Assembly (NCBI GenBank): GCA_051294375.1
Contig: CM119267.1
Span: 24,811,783-24,875,782 of the forward strand
Direction: 5' to 3'
DNA from: Paraspadella gotoi
Taxonomy: Eukaryota > Animalia > Chaetognatha
DNA length: 64,000 bases
Shown piece by piece: positions 53,101 to 64,000 of this stretch. The notes under the pieces are model-generated. The model saw only the letters and a program-made list of their open reading frames with translations. It was not told the origin of the DNA and made no database searches. Position 1 is the first letter of the stretch. The number at the start of each line of letters is the position of its first letter. A program made the position numbers and the translations under genes.

Positions 53101-53737
53101 CACTGCTTGGCGTCGCCGTCGAGCGCCGCTCCTAGGTGCCAAGCAAAGGCGATGCGTCCCACCATGCTGGCGCCGTCCTGTTGAGAAAGAAAAGATCTCG
53201 GGTCACGATCAATGAGTAGGGAAAGTATTATTTAATTTCATTAACAAATTTTATTGGAAAAGAATCGTTATGTAATGAGAAATAAAATATAGTGGTTTTC
53301 CCGCACGAGGCGATACCCTTGCGGACGCCTACTTTCCCTTGACGAGCCAAGTCATTGCCGCCGCCAAGGCCGACCCCGTCTCGTCGCCAACTCCGTACCC
53401 GCTCAGCACCGCCTGCAACGTAATATCAACGACGACAAAGCTCGTGACAATTCAGTTCTAAACGGAAGAATACCCCGCGGCATCGAATCCTTACCTTCAT
53501 GGCCAAAGCTCCAGTTATGCTGGAGCAAAAGGCCTGCAGGGTGTCCCAGAGTTGGTAAGGCACGTAGTCGTCGCTGACAGAGTCGGGAAATCCCTGGGGA
53601 AGGAAGGCTTCGTGGAAGAGCCGGCGAAAGGAGGAGGAGTAGGAGGAAGAGGAGGAGACCTTGCGAGGGACGAGGCGACCGGATGAATCCTCGACGAAAT
53701 CATCGACAATGTCGCCGTTCAATTGCCTAACGATCAT
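40743..53737 (-). CDS. RUSF1: RUS1 family protein RUSF1/C16orf58, 7 exons, with a 10.96-kb intron (41430-52389)
   Basis: [82 protein letters not shown], then across the long intron [37 protein letters not shown]. Phase-0 GT-AG junction joins 52390 to 41429. Confidence 0.9.
42209..49411 (-). CDS. NDUFS7: NADH:ubiquinone oxidoreductase subunit PSST (start exon uncertain; candidate 49538-49497)
   Basis: [14 protein letters not shown]|[29 protein letters not shown]|[31 protein letters not shown]|[40 protein letters not shown]. Exons 49411-49169, 49077-48992, 48906-48813, 42442-42209. Confidence 0.95.
43895..44250. repeat. 22-bp minisatellite (TTGATGCGATGMTAACGAATAA)n
   Basis: About 10 near-perfect units plus degenerate units. 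Confidence 0.9.
44667..44740 (-). tRNA. tRNA-Gly(GCC)-derived copy with encoded CCA (likely retrocopy or SINE head)
   Basis: TCATCGGTGGTTCAGTGGTAGAATGCTCGCCTGCCACGCGGGCGGCCCGGGTTCGTTTCCCGGCCGATGCACCA. Full cloverleaf with anticodon GCC, but G1>T and A58>T substitutions. Confidence 0.8.
45381..47766. mobile_element. Helentron-like non-autonomous repeat cluster (also about 29715-30165 and 36921-37950)
   Basis: Start block AAATCTTAAAAGCATAAGGATCGTCGCAATCGC (repeated at about 45385, 45763, 46136). End palindrome ATCGTCGCAAACGCTAAGCGATTGCGACGAT is inverted to the start motif. A-run flanks and no TSD. Confidence 0.5.
46250..47000. repeat. Purine-rich minisatellite of about 18 bp (AAAGAATAGAAAGGAAAG)n
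   Basis: Seen directly; it generates the spurious F/S/L-rich ORFs. Confidence 0.85.
50424..50784. repeat. Tandem duplication of about 182 bp (a separate one of about 94 bp lies at 51229-51415)
   Basis: Two adjacent near-identical copies. Confidence 0.85.
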
Positions 53738-54475
53738 AGTTCCTTTTTTTTATTAAAGTTAATACTTTTAATATTTTAGTTTTGGAAGCGAATATAAATC
53801 AATGTTTGCTACATTCCGCAAAGGTACTGATTGAAAACAATAATTCAACATTGACGTCCAAAAGTTAGTTTATTCTAAGTTTATTCCATATCTTTTTTAC
53901 AAAAGCGCCTAAAAAAAGCAGCAATATTACTATTTTAGTATCAATCTTTTTTTTTGTATATGGTGTAATAATACATTGCTTAAAACGGGGACAACGATGA
54001 TGGACACGAATCAATGTAACAAGGAAATTATTCTTTTTTGTAAAAGTTTGATCCGCGTTTGATGTCGGTTCTTTATGAATGATCAAGAGATATTGCATCC
54101 GATTCTTTACAGCACGAATCATTTTTTCATTTTACATAAAAACAAACGGAAAAAAATATAAACATTTCATTCCCTTCATGTGAAAACAAAATAGTAAATA
54201 CTACGTCTCTGTCATTTATCACAGAGAGATCGGCGCGATTAAAGCGAATCCCTTTAGAATCACAAACGGACTCAACTGTTACTACAGTGCGCGGCGATTA
54301 TCCCGGAAGCTCGCGAAAAAAATATCAAAGGCGAACAAAAAAGTCAATTTTTTTGATGTCGTCGTTAGTGTAATAAAAACTGTACCAAAAACTACCAAAA
54401 ACTAATCGGATCACTTAAAAAATTTCTCTCTTTCTCTCCCCCTTTCTCCATCTGTCTCCCCCTTTTCACTCCCTC

Positions 54476-56422
<1,947 letters not shown>

Positions 56423-56865
56423 CGCGCGTCCACGAGAATCTCGGCTCTTGATCACGAGTCTTTAAATTTTAACGTTTTCGCGAACCGAATTTCACACGTA
56501 TTATATATTATTCGTTTGTTTATTAATTACAACTTGACTTAAACTTAAAGTCACATCTTCTGCATACGGGTGACGTCGCAGCGACGAGGGAATCGATGAA
56601 TCGAGGAGAAACTTTCTCTAACGCATGACTTTTTTTTTAAGCGAAGACATGAAAGAATTTTCGTTTTAATCTTTACCATTACAAAAAAAAACAAAAGAAA
56701 GAATAAATTACGGAATAAAATTGAATTATTAACAACAACCAAGTATTTTAAAACAAAGTACAAGGATTCAATGTGAGCGTGATTAATTAAAAGCTAAAGA
56801 ATTCAACGTTAATAATCAGGAGGAAGACAAACGAGAGCGACATTTCTCCCCATTTGCCACGCCCA

Positions 56866-61767
<4,902 letters not shown>

Positions 61768-61947
61768 TTAATTAATTTCACGCTTTGTTTTTATTCTTGT
61801 TTTCATAATCTGTACAGGTGGGCATATAAAAATTAAAAATATATAAACATTTTTAAAATCTGAAAGGTATAAAAACACACCTTCCTTTTGATACTTTGTC
61901 AAAAGTAAAATGAAAAATTAATGAATGTCATTACATAATACATTATA

Positions 61948-62787
61948 CAGTGTGTCCCAATGGTACTGTCTGTTAAGAAAAGCTTACTGCTCCTATACCA
62001 GATCGAAAAACGGTAATTCATTATAATGAATATGCGCATAAGTATGAACCATTTTATAGGATACCTAAATTTTAAAAATTGAACAAAGCAAACTCCTGTA
62101 TTTATTACATAAAGCAAATAGAAAAAAAATTTTTTCAGTGATTTAAAAAAAAATTCTTAAATTATATATTTTTAAATATTTATTAAATATTTTTATAATA
62201 TTTAATAAATAATGTTTTAAATCTTTTCTTTAGATGTAGGACAGTTAGAAACTACCTCATATTTTTAGCTCCAGAGCTTTTATAATGCAGTAATCTTTAT
62301 TTTTAAAATCATCTACCCAGCTTGTTCACATTACTTTTTGAATTGATTTAATAATAATTTATTGAATAAATAGCAACCATTTTGTTCTGGCTTAATGATT
62401 CAATCGCTCACAACTTCAAATAATAAATTTAAATATCAAATTAATTAGCATATTTTTATCAACTTTTATATTTTTTTAATATTGGTTTATTTCTTTTTAT
62501 TAATGCACTTATTTTATACAAATTAAAATTTAAATAATTTATATCTATTTAAAATATTTTTTTACATAGTTTTCTTTTAAAGTAAAAAAAAATATCTAAA
62601 AATTAAAAAAGTGAGAAATGAGGACTCATTTAAATTGAATGTTCTGCAAAGAAAAATTGATAAAAATTGAAATCGAAATATAGTATCATAAATGGTAAGA
62701 ACTTATCTTTGACATTGTTATCTCAGAAATAACATTTAATAACACAGTTCCGTAAAAATTAACCAACAGTACCATTGGGACACACTG
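61948..62787. mobile_element. Tc1/mariner-type MITE
   Basis: TIR CAGTGTGTCCCAATGGTACTGT / ACAGTACCATTGGGACACACTG; TA TSD. Confidence 0.85.
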
Positions 62788-64000
62788 TATAATACATCAC
62801 ATTATATTACATAATACATCTTTTATTTGAAAAAAGCCAGAAATAAGGCTGCCGCTTCTTAAAAAATACATTGTAAACTTATTGTGAATTTTTTTTGTCA
62901 AGTGAGATCCAATTTGTGAAGCCTTACTGCTGTAAAGCAAATATAAATGACGGAAACAACAAGAAATTACAGTAATGACAATATCACAAGCCGAAAAGAA
63001 AGTAATGGTGAAAGACTACCGCTGACCCTTAGTCCTCCTTATTCCTAACAGTAACTACACAGAACACACTACACAGTCTCTTTCAGTATAACCCCGACAA
63101 GACATTGGCGAGTTTAAGCTAAGCTCCAGAGTTAAATGTCTATTATCATTAAATTGGACCTCGCAAACCGACTTTGAAAACAGAATGAGTCGTGCAGTAC
63201 ATACAGAGTCTTCAATCTGGACTGATACAAAAAGATTTGATTAAACTGGTAATTCTTTGACTGTATATTATTTTTATAACATTTATTAGTTAGAAAACTA
63301 CTTGACGTTTATATTTACCTAAAAAAATTTTAAAATTTCTTAATAGTATAATCACAGTGGCTCTCAAGCACGGATTCACTTTATTTCATTTTTTTGGTTC
63401 AAATTTTAAGTTTTTAAAAATTTAACAAGTAATAACGCTGATTGTAAAATTATCTGATATAAAATTAAACATTTTTTGTGATATGTTATTATTAAAAAAA
63501 ATTCTCATGTAAAACTTAACTTATTTATAACTTAATAATTTATCAACAAAGTCGACTTTCGTAATTTTTTTCCCCCCAAGCTGAAATTTTTATTTTTAAT
63601 AAAACGTGATGATGATTATCAAGTATAATTCATATTGTGAGAAAACTTAGGAGTATGTTTGGATACCACGACCTATCTACAATTTTTAACAAGAAAAAAA
63701 AACCTTTTTAACAACATAAGAAGAATTTTTATTGTTTACATTTTAATTAATTAATTTTATTTAATTAACTGTTTTTGTATTTTTTTTCTCTCTATTTTAT
63801 TATGTTTTTGTTTGCTCAGACTTAGTCTATGTATGTTTGTTTGTTGATGATGATTGTACTATATCAACCTTGTTGTATTCGAATAAAATCGCATATTTAT
63901 TATAAAAAAAAAATTATTCTGGCTCGTGATACATTTACAACAGTATCTTATTAATCATAAAATCGAAGCACGAAAAACTATTCAATTGTTTTAATGGGAA

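Overview
AT-rich animal (bilaterian invertebrate) genomic DNA with GC-rich exons and microsatellite- and transposon-laden introns. All 11 recognisable protein-coding genes lie on the minus strand. From right to left: PHAF1/C16orf70, PCMT1, RUSF1/C16orf58 (with NDUFS7 nested on the same strand in its 11-kb intron), PDCL, TRIM23/ARD1, an orphan Ser/Thr-rich ORF, a divergent CBF-beta (error-laden, partly duplicated across a 25-N gap), two tandem Turtle/IgSF9-type receptors, and a reticulocalbin-2-like CREC protein running off the left edge. Highlights: an operon-like layout with unpaired splice acceptors before start codons; the same-strand nested gene; two Turtle paralogs with no shared intron position; relaxed splice sites; a TRIM-type LTR element whose LTR carries tRNA-like A/B boxes; minimal hammerhead ribozymes in Penelope-related repeats; and a TIR-bounded element with a gag-like zinc knuckle. 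Exon models were built by hand from ORFs, splice signals and recalled family motifs. No database searches were run.
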